From a virus (lineage: Duplodnaviria > Heunggongvirae > Uroviricota > Caudoviricetes): a DNA stretch of 64,000 nt. The notes under the pieces were generated by a model. It was not told where the DNA came from and searched no databases. It saw only the letters and a list, made by a program, of their open reading frames with translations. How positions within the stretch are numbered: the first letter of the stretch is position 1; every line of letters starts with the position of its first letter. This document shows positions 18,074 through 26,987 of the stretch, in pieces. The DNA lies in the IMG/VR virus record IMGVR_UViG_3300019888_000209. One strand, given 5' to 3'. Made by a program: the position numbers and the translations under genes.

Positions 18074-18498
18074 GCGAGTCAATTGTCATTAAATACGGCG
18101 GACGCCAATACTGGGCGCGCAGAATTTTTACAGAAGATAACCCGCCACGGCGGGTAAACTGCGGACCGGATCTTGCCCGCCGTGGCGGGTTGCCTTCTGT
18201 TAAATCTCTTCAATCCGTTAGCATTGGGGTAGCATTTCTCAAGCCTGTTCATCACCAACGCCACGTGATTATGCCAGATGAAGAATCGGCGCGCCGCTGG
18301 CTAAGCGACAACGGCTTGCGCAAGAGCAAAGCCAAAAAGCTGCTGTCAGCCGCTTTACGCAACGAGGGCGATTACGCAGATCCATTGCACCCGCACAGAG
18401 TCAGGGAGCCACGGATGGACACGGATTTACCCCGTGAGATACAGCCCCAGGACGTGGGTCACGCCCACAATGTTATCTCACGGGGTAAACTGCTATGA
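18070..18498 (+). CDS. hypothetical protein containing in-frame family-B hairpin
   Basis: ATGA overlap with the Gp37/68 stop. NPPRRVNCGPDLARRGG is translated from the ACCCGCCGTGGCGGGT hairpin pair. Confidence 0.25.
   Translation: MSESIVIKYGGRQYWARRIFTEDNPPRRVNCGPDLARRGGLPSVKSLQSVSIGVAFLKPVHHQRHVIMPDEESARRWLSDNGLRKSKAKKLLSAALRNEGDYADPLHPHRVREPRMDTDLPREIQPQDVGHAHNVISRGKLL
18143..18195. repeat. family-B hairpin pair (CCCGCCACGGCGGGT / CCCGCCGTGGCGGGT)
   Basis: Two adjacent palindromes; other copies at 9033-9081, 31455-31508, 38286-38350, 59748-59790. Confidence 0.8.
18425..18490. repeat. family-D inverted repeat (TTTACCCCGTGAGATA...TTATCTCACGGGGTAAA)
   Basis: Other copies at ~6225, ~6815, ~7105, 12945-13005, ~31830, ~31900, 40722-40775. 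Confidence 0.8.
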
Positions 18499-19150
18499 AA
18501 GGCAAAACAGCACACCGCGCGCGCTTGAGCGCCACTACAGCGCCGCGCAACGGCGCGCCGCCCTCAAACCCGGCAGGACAGCACCGCACTCGACGCACAG
18601 CGGCCAACGTCGCGCCACGGTTCGGGCGTTACGCGCGTCGTCAGATCGTAAGTAAGCAACGGCGCCACATCATGCGAAAAAAGGCAGACGGCTTCTGCAT
18701 CTACGGCGGCTGCCACGAGAAAGTTGATGGCAACTATCGCGAGGCCCACAGGCGCAAGGTCAACGTGCAAACCCGCGAGCGGCTGCATCGCCTTGGCCTG
18801 GCGCACCGGCGCAACCTGAACTCCGCCAGCTACCATTATGGCAACGGGAGCGCGCTGCGATGAGCTTTCCAAAGCCAGGCCGCTGTTTCAGCCGACACGC
18901 AGAAAAGCAGATCGTCCGGATACGTCGAATGAAAGCCCAGATCCGCGCACAACTGCAAGAACTCGAACAGCGCGAACGGTTGGCTGGGCTGGCACGGAAA
19001 ATGAAGCAAGACGTGGCCGCCAATTTGAACGGAAAAGAAAGACAAGATTCGAACCAGGAGTAGAATTTCCACCACGAAGTTCACGAAGAACACGAAGATA
19101 TTTTCAGTAACTTCGTGGAGCTTCGTGATCTTCGTGGTAAAAGAGAATTC

Positions 19151-19489
19151 ATGACAAAGTTACTTTGCACCCTCGCTATAGCCACTGTAGCCACCGGCCT
19201 GTGGCCGGTCCACGCCGATGACAAGACAATCCGCGACGAGACCGGCCGCATCATTGCCACCATCTCAGACACGGCCAACGGCCGCACCGTTCGCGACAGC
19301 GACGGGAAGATCATCGGGCGCATCGAGGACTCAGCCACCGGTCGCGTAGTACGCGATGAAAACGGGAAGATCATTGGCCGAATTTCCACCACGAAGGACA
19401 CGAAAGACACGAAGCAGGGGAATTACTCACAAAGTTACCCCTGCACTGTTGCAAGGGGTTGCGGTGCGGGCAGCGCGACGGCGTGGTAG
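19151..19489 (+). CDS. secreted small protein with three ~17-aa repeats
   Basis: Signal peptide MTKLLCTLAIATVATGLWPVHA; repeats TGRIIATISD / NGRTVRDSDGKIIGRIED / TGRVVRDENGKIIGRIS. Confidence 0.45.
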   Translation: MTKLLCTLAIATVATGLWPVHADDKTIRDETGRIIATISDTANGRTVRDSDGKIIGRIEDSATGRVVRDENGKIIGRISTTKDTKDTKQGNYSQSYPCTVARGCGAGSATAW

Positions 19490-19508
19490 GTGTTACATGA
19501 GCGAGGAA

Positions 19509-19916
19509 CTACCGATCTACAAGACTTGGATCGAAGAAGCCGCTTTGCTTCGCGACGCATTCTTTCTCACCGCTCGCACGATACACCCAAAACTCCCAAA
19601 ATGGTTCGTCCGCATAGCGGTCTTGAAAGACGTAGGAGTGATCGCAACCGAGGATTTCGGAGAGATGCGCATTCACGGTATGCATCCACTCGACATACTG
19701 CGAATAAAAGGCGTGAAATTCTTCGTCCGATGGCTCAGGGCTCCACTGCTTCGCTGGGCGAACACTGTTCGTTGCACGGTCGTAATGTATCGATGGCTCA
19801 AACGCAACCGTGCAAACAAAGCCGCTTCCGAACGAATGCTGGAAAACGTAACGATCATCCATGGGAAAGGGGTCAAATGAGTATTCATTCCAGAGTGCTA
19901 GGACGTTTCCATGCAC
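19509..19916 (-). CDS. hypothetical protein (aromatic-rich)
   Basis: Preferred over the antisense ORF 19356-19880 because of balanced, aromatic-rich composition. Confidence 0.3.
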   Translation of the reverse strand: MHGNVLALWNEYSFDPFPMDDRYVFQHSFGSGFVCTVAFEPSIHYDRATNSVRPAKQWSPEPSDEEFHAFYSQYVEWMHTVNAHLSEILGCDHSYVFQDRYADEPFWEFWVYRASGEKECVAKQSGFFDPSLVDR

Positions 19917-20187
19917 ACTACGTCCCCGTCCTGTGCTTTCTTAAGCTGCGTCAGAAGCGCATTCGTTTTCTCCAATTCCTGTTGGAGTGCCGCATGGCCC
20001 TCAACAAGACGCGCATTGTCTGCCTCAAGCGCGGCTACCTCGCGGGAAATGAGTCGAATTTGAGATCGAATGCGATCCTTTGGCGCGTCTGTGTCAACCA
20101 TCCGGTCGAGATCGTCAATGTCTTCTTGGAGTGTTTTCATGAGGTATTGAAGGAGTTGAAAAACTTGTATAAATCTGATTCTAGCAC

Positions 20188-20220
20188 TTGACAACCCAAA
20201 TAATTTAGGGTAATGTGATG
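20188..20220 (+). promoter_or_regulatory. sigma70-like promoter of the IS1595 transposase
   Basis: TTGACA, 17-nt spacer, TAATGT, about 6 nt before the ATG at 20226. Confidence 0.35.
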
Positions 20221-20225
20221 CCGAA

Positions 20226-21140
20226 ATGAAAAACATATGTGAATTCAAAACACTTGCTGAATTTCTCGAATACTTCAAAGACGAGGAAACATGCCTCAGG
20301 CATTTCGCGGCAATCCGTTTCCGTAATGGCGAGTATTGCCCGCACTGCGGACATACCGAGATTTACACGTTCAGCGACGGTAAGCGTTATCGCTGCGCAA
20401 AGTGCAAACAGGATTTCACGATCAAGACGGGCACGGTGTTTGGGGAAAGCAAGTTGCCGCTCAAAAAATGGTTCATTGCCATTTATTTACTTTCCACGAC
20501 GAGCAAGGGGATTTCCTCGGTTCAACTCGCCAAGCACGTGGGCGTGACGCAAAAGACGGGATGGTTCATGGATCACCGGCTCCGCAAGGCGATGAAACAA
20601 AACAAGGGGCAATTGTTCGGCACGGTGGAAGCTGACGAGACATTCGTCGGCGGATTGGAGAAAAATAAACACAAGTCGAAGCGGCAGCACATCGGAACGG
20701 GCGGAACGGGCAAGACGCCAGTGTTTGCAATGAAGAGCCGTGACGGAGAACTCCGAGCGCGAGTCGTGCAAACTGTGCGCTCCGAAGAATTGCAACATCA
20801 CATTCGAGATACGGTTACTAATGGTGCGACGGTTTACACGGACAACTGGGTTGGTTACAGAGGATTGAAAGGCTACGTGCACACGGCCATCAATCATAGC
20901 AACGGTGATTATGTTCAGGGTGATGCCCACACCAACAGCATAGAGAGCTTTTGGGCGCTCTTTAAGCGCGGCTATCATGGTGTTTACCACCAGATGAGCC
21001 GGAAGCATTTGCAGCGTTACGTTGACGAATTCACTTTTCGTTTCAATCGACGCAAGGTCGAAATGCAGGACATGTTCTCCGACATGGTTGAGAACGTCAC
21101 TGAGAGCAAGAAGCTGCCGTACAAGGAACTCATCGCATGA
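20226..21140 (+). CDS. IS1595-family (ISXO2-like) transposase
   Basis: N-terminal zinc ribbon CPHCGH...CAKC, then VEADETFVGG, GKTPVF, INHSNGDYV..HTNSIESFWALFKRGYHGVYH..KHLQRYVDEFTFRFNRR. Confidence 0.8.
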   Translation: MKNICEFKTLAEFLEYFKDEETCLRHFAAIRFRNGEYCPHCGHTEIYTFSDGKRYRCAKCKQDFTIKTGTVFGESKLPLKKWFIAIYLLSTTSKGISSVQLAKHVGVTQKTGWFMDHRLRKAMKQNKGQLFGTVEADETFVGGLEKNKHKSKRQHIGTGGTGKTPVFAMKSRDGELRARVVQTVRSEELQHHIRDTVTNGATVYTDNWVGYRGLKGYVHTAINHSNGDYVQGDAHTNSIESFWALFKRGYHGVYHQMSRKHLQRYVDEFTFRFNRRKVEMQDMFSDMVENVTESKKLPYKELIA

Positions 21141-21314
21141 GCCGACCACGGAAAATCCACAAGCGGATCAAAGCGCAATTCAACCAAATATTGGCAGCGG
21201 TAGCGTCAGGGCAGGGCAAAGGGAAAGCTACCGTGAATAAGCTGCTGGCGCAGAAAAAGCGGGCGAAGAGACCGCCGAGAAAACCCGTTTGAACATCTTA
21301 AAGCTGAGCGACGC

Positions 21315-21854
21315 ATGAGAGCGATCATCGGAACTGCCGTACTGACCTTGTTGCTCGCAGGGTGCGATAAGGACAAAGCTGCGACTGTGCAGAAAAAAAA
21401 TCTCAAACAGAAGGAAGCAACAGCCAGCGCTACTCCGACAACTTGGCGCTACTCCGAGCAGGAAGACGCAATGGGACGCGGCTCGGGGCGCAGAGCCGTA
21501 ATTGCGTCGCTGAATACGGTAAGGCTCAAGTTCCCTTACGGTGATACGCACATGCTGGTAAGGCTGGAGGAAAACCCAACAAATGGAAAGAACGTAGTGC
21601 TAGTGGTTGAGAGTGGACAGTTCTTCGACCGGTCGGTCACGGTCAAACTCGATGATGGGCCGCTTAAGACGTTTCACATTCTGCTTTCTTCTGACGGGAG
21701 GAGCAACGTCGTCGGTCTCGATGTCGATTACAACGAGTTTGTGGCTGAACTCACTGCGGCGCGGACCATGAAGATCGAAGCCGGGTTCTTCCAGGAAGCC
21801 CCGCGTGTGTTCACCTTCGACGTTCAGGGACTCAACTGGAAAAAATCAAATTAA
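21315..21854 (+). CDS. lipoprotein (cargo of the IS1595-bracketed segment)
   Basis: Signal peptide with lipobox LLLAGC; lower-GC segment. Confidence 0.5.
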   Translation: MRAIIGTAVLTLLLAGCDKDKAATVQKKNLKQKEATASATPTTWRYSEQEDAMGRGSGRRAVIASLNTVRLKFPYGDTHMLVRLEENPTNGKNVVLVVESGQFFDRSVTVKLDDGPLKTFHILLSSDGRSNVVGLDVDYNEFVAELTAARTMKIEAGFFQEAPRVFTFDVQGLNWKKSN

Positions 21855-22018
21855 GGGTAACAATGTATATAATTCCCCGAAGCAGGAGCCGGCGAAATGA
21901 AAACCGTTGAATTGACCTTCGTGTTACCTCCAGTTTACCCGCCGCGGTGGGTGACTTCCGTGGTAAAAATCGAGGATTATCGGCTTGACGCAAGGTCAAA
22001 ACAGGGCACCGTATCAAA

Positions 22019-23071
22019 ATGCGGGAGTGGATTTCAGACCTTATCCAATTCCTCAAATCAGTCATTCTTCGATGGTTCAACGTTTTCGCCGGAGCGTTCG
22101 TTACAACGGTATGGACGATTTACCAACAAATCACCGGGAGGCCGCTCCCGATGACAGCTTTTTGGTCGCTAGTTGGGGTTTGCATTTCGATTGCTGTGTT
22201 TCAGGCGTGGCGTGAAGAACACAAAAAAGCCCTGGCGCGGGTTGGGCTAATTGGCCGCATTCTTTCTACCGTGTATTTCGAGGGCACGGATGGGCGTGTC
22301 GGAATTGTCGTAAAGCTTCAAATAACTAACAGAGGCGAGCCAACTGTAGTCGATGGGTGGGGGATGACTTTCGACTTAAATGGTTTCAATGCGTTACCAG
22401 CCACGCATCCCTTAGACGGAAAGATCGACATCAATGATAACAAGGGTAAGGTCGTTAGACTTAAGTCGTCAGACCTACTGCACGAGAAAGTCGGCATTCA
22501 CCAGATAGCTAAAGGAGGGCGAGTTTCAGGGTTTCTTGTCTTTCTAACCAAGGGCATTTCTTACGAACGACTGGCCTCCGCGCGCCCGAATGTCACTGTT
22601 CTTTTCCGTGACGCTTTCGGACAGGAATATACGGCTATGAACCAAGGTACCGGTATAGCCGCGCCGATGCATGAACCTGGGATCGACGACCCATTTGCGC
22701 ATATTTTAATCAGGCAAGCCAAGGAAGCAAAAGAGGGTCAAAAGCTCCTGTACTCAGTTGTCGAGAAGATAAGCCACGGTAGCCGTCCAATAATGGCGTT
22801 AATCGAGTTAGGCGTCGCTGACGAGTTAGACACGAACGAGGATGTCCTGAATTTGTGCCGCCAATTAGTTACAGATGGACATGGAGACCCATTCGAGCAC
22901 CTTGGGAACAGGTATCCGCCTCCAGTGAGGCAGGAATTTTTGAAGGAGGCTCGGCGCAAAAATTTGAAGTTCCCGAACGCAATATCGGAGGTGGAATTTG
23001 TGTACGACGGATTAAGGAAAGACCTCGCGCTAGCGAAAGAGAGAATGGAGGCGCAAAAAGCAGAGGATTAG
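22019..23071 (+). CDS. membrane protein with two N-terminal TM helices and a large soluble domain; function unknown
   Basis: TM segments FAGAFVTTVWTIY and AFWSLVGVCISIAVF; the C-terminus overlaps the end of the second transposase gene. Confidence 0.45.
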   Translation: MREWISDLIQFLKSVILRWFNVFAGAFVTTVWTIYQQITGRPLPMTAFWSLVGVCISIAVFQAWREEHKKALARVGLIGRILSTVYFEGTDGRVGIVVKLQITNRGEPTVVDGWGMTFDLNGFNALPATHPLDGKIDINDNKGKVVRLKSSDLLHEKVGIHQIAKGGRVSGFLVFLTKGISYERLASARPNVTVLFRDAFGQEYTAMNQGTGIAAPMHEPGIDDPFAHILIRQAKEAKEGQKLLYSVVEKISHGSRPIMALIELGVADELDTNEDVLNLCRQLVTDGHGDPFEHLGNRYPPPVRQEFLKEARRKNLKFPNAISEVEFVYDGLRKDLALAKERMEAQKAED

Positions 23072-23985
23072 GCAGCTTTCGTAAGCTCCGCGTATGGCAA
23101 CTTTGCTGCGTTCACCAACTTTGTGAGAGTATCCCTAAAGATGTATTCGTTTTTACGGTTGTTAAAGCGATGCTCCAATTCATCCAGATAGGCGTCCAGA
23201 TGTTTGATCGAGATTTTGTGATAGGTGCCAACCACGGAGCGTTTCAAGAGGCTCCAAACGCTTTCAACGTTGTTAGTGTGAACCTCGCCATTTACCCATT
23301 CTTCTGCCGCGTGCCTCACTGTCTCATGCCGCGTGTCGGCATCCGCTATGCCAAGATAGGCTTTAGCTTCGTCTGTGTAGATCGCTTCACATTTCGGGTC
23401 TGTCGTTTCGTGAATGAATTTGTGAAGCCAGTAGTGACTAGGCGATTTAATAACCTTGAGACGTATCTGTCCCTCACGTTCAACCGCTCCAACAACTACC
23501 GCCTTGTTGCCTTTGTAGCCATGTCCCCTTCCATGAAACCGTCCGCCAATATAGGTCTCATCGACTTCTACAATGCCTTTCGAAAGATCGACGCTAACTT
23601 CTCGCATTGCAGCACGGATACGATGACAGAGATACCAAGCCGTCTCATAAGAGACGTTCAGCGTTCGCTTCATTTGAAGTGCGGAAATTCCTTTTTTGGA
23701 TTCCGTCATCAAATAGGTTGCCAAAAACCACTTGGTCAGCGGAAGATGCGTGTCGTGAAAGATGGAGCCGCTTGTTACAGAAAACTGGTATCGACAAGCG
23801 TTGCAGTCATATTGGTCGCGCTCCGTGATTGTCGAAACGCTCTTAGACTGGCAACGCGGGCAAGTAAGACCGTTAGGCCAGCGCAGTTCAGCAAGGCGAG
23901 TTCTGCATTTCTCATCGCTTCCAAACTCTGCAATGAGCTTCGGAAGATTCATTTCTGCTTTGAAGGATTTGGTTCGTTTTTTCAT
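23068..23985 (-). CDS. IS1595-family transposase (divergent second copy, opposite orientation)
   Basis: CPRCQS...CNAC zinc ribbon, VEVDETYIGG, HTNNVESVWSLLKR, KHLDAYLDELEHRFNNR. TTGACA-N16-TAAATT promoter-like element upstream at ~24110-24150. Confidence 0.8.
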   Translation of the reverse strand: MKKRTKSFKAEMNLPKLIAEFGSDEKCRTRLAELRWPNGLTCPRCQSKSVSTITERDQYDCNACRYQFSVTSGSIFHDTHLPLTKWFLATYLMTESKKGISALQMKRTLNVSYETAWYLCHRIRAAMREVSVDLSKGIVEVDETYIGGRFHGRGHGYKGNKAVVVGAVEREGQIRLKVIKSPSHYWLHKFIHETTDPKCEAIYTDEAKAYLGIADADTRHETVRHAAEEWVNGEVHTNNVESVWSLLKRSVVGTYHKISIKHLDAYLDELEHRFNNRKNEYIFRDTLTKLVNAAKLPYAELTKAA

Positions 23986-24667
23986 AAGTATGCCTAGATC
24001 AAAAAAGAAAGCTCATCAGATGACCGACAAGGAACTGATGCGCAATTTGTTTCATCCGAAGGTGCGGGCGCACGTCAAAAAAGTTGCGCACGCCGCTCGG
24101 AAAAAGCGCAAAAACTAATTCGGTCATGCACTAATTTACACTATGGCGAACCTGTGTCAAGCCGATAATCCTCTAAAAATCTGATGAAGCCGCAACAAGC
24201 TTTACTAGTTCTCTGCGACGACGCGGCGGACCTGAAAAAGATCGCGGCAGGTCTGCGTGGAATTCCCGGAGTGAGCACAGTCCGGACCGGAGCTTTCAGG
24301 CAGGAGCACGTCAGTGAACGCCAGGTGGCGATGTTTTTTCCGACGGTCCCGCGCGGCCAGTCGCCGCCAGCGATAGAAGTCTCGCCGCCGTCCGACCTTC
24401 TTTGAAAGGCACAAAGCGACCACGAATTACACGAATCCCACGGATTCAAAAAAGCAGACCTCCTCCTATCAGTGCCATCCGTGTCATCCGTGGTTAAACT
24501 CTTATGATCAAATCCCTGCTCACAGACCCACGGCTGTTTAACTACATCATCATGTCGCTCTACACCCTGAGCGCAATTCGTTGGGCGTTCCATCGCTCGT
24601 GGACAGACGTCTGCTATTGGATGTCGGCCTTCGCCATCACAGCGACGGTCACGTGGGGGTATAAACA

Positions 24668-24760
24668 TTAAAGCAGCCACGGATTAACACAGATGAAACA
24701 CAGATTCAGAAGTCTTATCCGTGAGAATCCGTGTCAATCTGTGGCTAGATTCTGACTGCC
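24668..24760. repeat. CACGGAT/ATCCGTG heptamer hairpin cluster
   Basis: agccacggattaacacagatgaaacacagattc...gaatccgtgtcaatctgtggct; similar at 24465-24500, 34985-35030, 43855-43890, 45035-45070, 59205-59245. Confidence 0.8.
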
Positions 24761-24776
24761 CCCACTTCGTGGTGGA

Positions 24777-26882
24777 TCAAGGTGGGTCGATGCGCTGGAA
24801 GCGGCCGGAGTACGTGAACGCGAACTTGTACGCTTTCACAGTCGCGCCATCGAACGGCATGTACTCCGTGCTCTCGCGCTCCTGGTCAGGCTCGGGGTAG
24901 CCGCCGCCGGCCGTCGATAGAGATTTCTTGCCGCGGCCCCAGCTCTGCGCGGTGCCCAACGATACCGCTCTCACCGAGCCGGTGACCTCTTTCACGGCCG
25001 GCGTCACGCCGCAGCTAGGCTGGACGAATGGATCCCCGAAGGGAATTTGAGTAAACACCGCGTGATCGACACTGAACGTCGTCGCCAGCGTCACTTCCGC
25101 TTCCAGGATACTATCGCCCGATGCCAATGGCCCGACAAAGCTTACCGAGAACGTGACGCTGCGCAGAATAGTGTCGCTATCGGCGCTGGCCCAATTATGG
25201 GTGCGCTCATCCTTGGTAACGTGCCCGATATCAACCACAATGGCATCTATCAACGCGTCGGCCTCACCGGTTGTCTCCGCGATCGCGGTCCCCGAGTAGG
25301 TCACCATGGTCAATTGCGACGTATAATCTTTCGAGATTTGCTCCTCGTATTCAATGGCGCCGCCGGCCGGCACAGCGTGGAACGTGTAACTGAACTCCAC
25401 GCGGGCAAAGACTCGGACAGGGTAAATCCCATCTATGCCCCATACGGCGTGCACAGTCTCGCGCGCTGATAATTGCAGCCCGGTGTCTGGCTTGAACGAC
25501 CGCGCCAGTGCCATGGCGTCGTCCTCTGTAGCGGCGACGGCGAAGCCGCTCACAACCGTGGTGCTTTCGGCGAATGTTTGGTCGTTCGTTTCGCTGCTTA
25601 CTTCGGCATAAAGCAGCGAGCCCTTCCGCGCGTACTCATAAGAAAAGACGCATTCCACAAATTGTTCCTGATCTCCGTCGATCTGCGAGCTGGTCAAGGC
25701 TTCGCTGGAGGCCAGCGTGATGGGATAATTGGCCGCGCCTAGATCGCGCGCTTTATCCAGCGCGTTCGACGCGATCAGCGCGGTCACGCGGCCAGAGTAA
25801 GTCGTGATCAGAAGACCGCTCTTCGCGTCCTCGCGATCGGTTACGGTGAGCTGCCAGTTGAGAATGTCCAGTGGCTCCCGGAATTCGAGAGTGAACGAGA
25901 GCTCATTGTACGCGTCCGGCGTATTGGTGGTGGTATCGTCGGCGCCGTCCATGACCTGGTTGCTTTGGTCGCTCCGGCGCAGCGTCCTGTTACCCACGAG
26001 ATAAGTGCTGGTGATTGCGGCAAGCTTCGTTTGCGCAGCGGCCAGCGTGTTCGCGCGAATCCTGCCGCGCACGGTCGTAATGCGTTCGCTTCGCTCCCGC
26101 TCATCGCGCGCGTCCACCTGATATTCCGTCTCGGTGTAAGTGCCGGACGGAAACCGGCGATAAGCGGCGGTGAGCGTCCATTCCAGCTCGTAACTGCCAT
26201 CCTTAATATCAGCGTCAATAGTATCGATGCGCACGATCTGGCTGAACGTGCCAAAAGCGAGCGTGGTCTGCTTATGATCGGCGGCCCCGCCGATCGCGTC
26301 GCGTTGCCCCTGCAAATACGTGCGACGAGTCGTTTCGTCCTGAGTCGGGTCTGCGACTATTTTGCCACTGGCAACAACCGAACCGATCGCTTCACGTCGG
26401 TTATTGATGCTGAACGTAGGCCGCTCAGTCCGGACAGCTTCGCGCCAGCCGGTCACATTCAGGAGCGTGACGCTGCCGGTAGTTGGCACGGTCCAGCTCA
26501 CCGTCGCATTCACGGTGCTGTTACTGATGATCTCCGTGGCCTGAAACGCGACGGTGCACTCCGTCATGTGCTGGCCCCATTGGTCCGGAAGATTGTCATC
26601 CTGCGGGCGCGCGGTAACATCAACGAGCGTCGTATCGTTTTCGTCCTTGATCAGCAACCGGCCTTCCGGAGCGGATCTGATTGCGGCCAGCATGGCCTGG
26701 TACAATTCCTGATTTTCCGCGAACGTGTCTTCCAGGAACCATTGCGCCACGGTGTAGGTGACGATCGCGCGCTTGGGCCTTGCGCCGATCGCGTCGCCCT
26801 CGTATTTCGCCTGGCGCAAGAAATGCGCGCGGCCGTTGTCCGAAAATTCGTAACCGTTGTAACTAATGGAAAACCCAGGCAT
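24777..26882 (-). CDS. tail protein downstream of the tape-measure gene (distal tail or tail-fibre candidate)
   Basis: 701-aa ORF immediately downstream of the tape-measure gene on the same strand; no named motif. Confidence 0.4.
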   Translation of the reverse strand: MPGFSISYNGYEFSDNGRAHFLRQAKYEGDAIGARPKRAIVTYTVAQWFLEDTFAENQELYQAMLAAIRSAPEGRLLIKDENDTTLVDVTARPQDDNLPDQWGQHMTECTVAFQATEIISNSTVNATVSWTVPTTGSVTLLNVTGWREAVRTERPTFSINNRREAIGSVVASGKIVADPTQDETTRRTYLQGQRDAIGGAADHKQTTLAFGTFSQIVRIDTIDADIKDGSYELEWTLTAAYRRFPSGTYTETEYQVDARDERERSERITTVRGRIRANTLAAAQTKLAAITSTYLVGNRTLRRSDQSNQVMDGADDTTTNTPDAYNELSFTLEFREPLDILNWQLTVTDREDAKSGLLITTYSGRVTALIASNALDKARDLGAANYPITLASSEALTSSQIDGDQEQFVECVFSYEYARKGSLLYAEVSSETNDQTFAESTTVVSGFAVAATEDDAMALARSFKPDTGLQLSARETVHAVWGIDGIYPVRVFARVEFSYTFHAVPAGGAIEYEEQISKDYTSQLTMVTYSGTAIAETTGEADALIDAIVVDIGHVTKDERTHNWASADSDTILRSVTFSVSFVGPLASGDSILEAEVTLATTFSVDHAVFTQIPFGDPFVQPSCGVTPAVKEVTGSVRAVSLGTAQSWGRGKKSLSTAGGGYPEPDQERESTEYMPFDGATVKAYKFAFTYSGRFQRIDPP

Positions 26883-26894
26883 AAATTTAATTCA

Positions 26895-26973
26895 AATCTG
26901 GAAACCAAGAACCCAGGAAGGTTTCTGAATTCTGCAATTCTACGTTTTTTCCTGGTTTCCTGGCTTCTAGATT
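26895..26973. repeat. family-A element, intergenic (tail protein to tape-measure gene)
   Basis: aatctggaaaccaagaacccaggaa...cctggtttcctggcttctagatt. Confidence 0.85.
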
Positions 26974-26987
26974 AAAAAACGTATTCA

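Noticed and set aside
19030-19075. tRNA-like T-loop string GATTCGAACC
   Set aside because: No complementary acceptor or T stems could be built from the flanks
19356-19880. Plus-strand 174-aa ORF
   Set aside because: Arg/Trp-rich composition typical of an antisense frame. The overlapping minus-strand ORF 19509-19916 has more protein-like composition. Low confidence either way.
24141-24680. 179-aa minus-strand ORF
   Set aside because: Lies over an intergenic region packed with CACGGAT and CACGAAG hairpins. Arg-rich; likely spurious.
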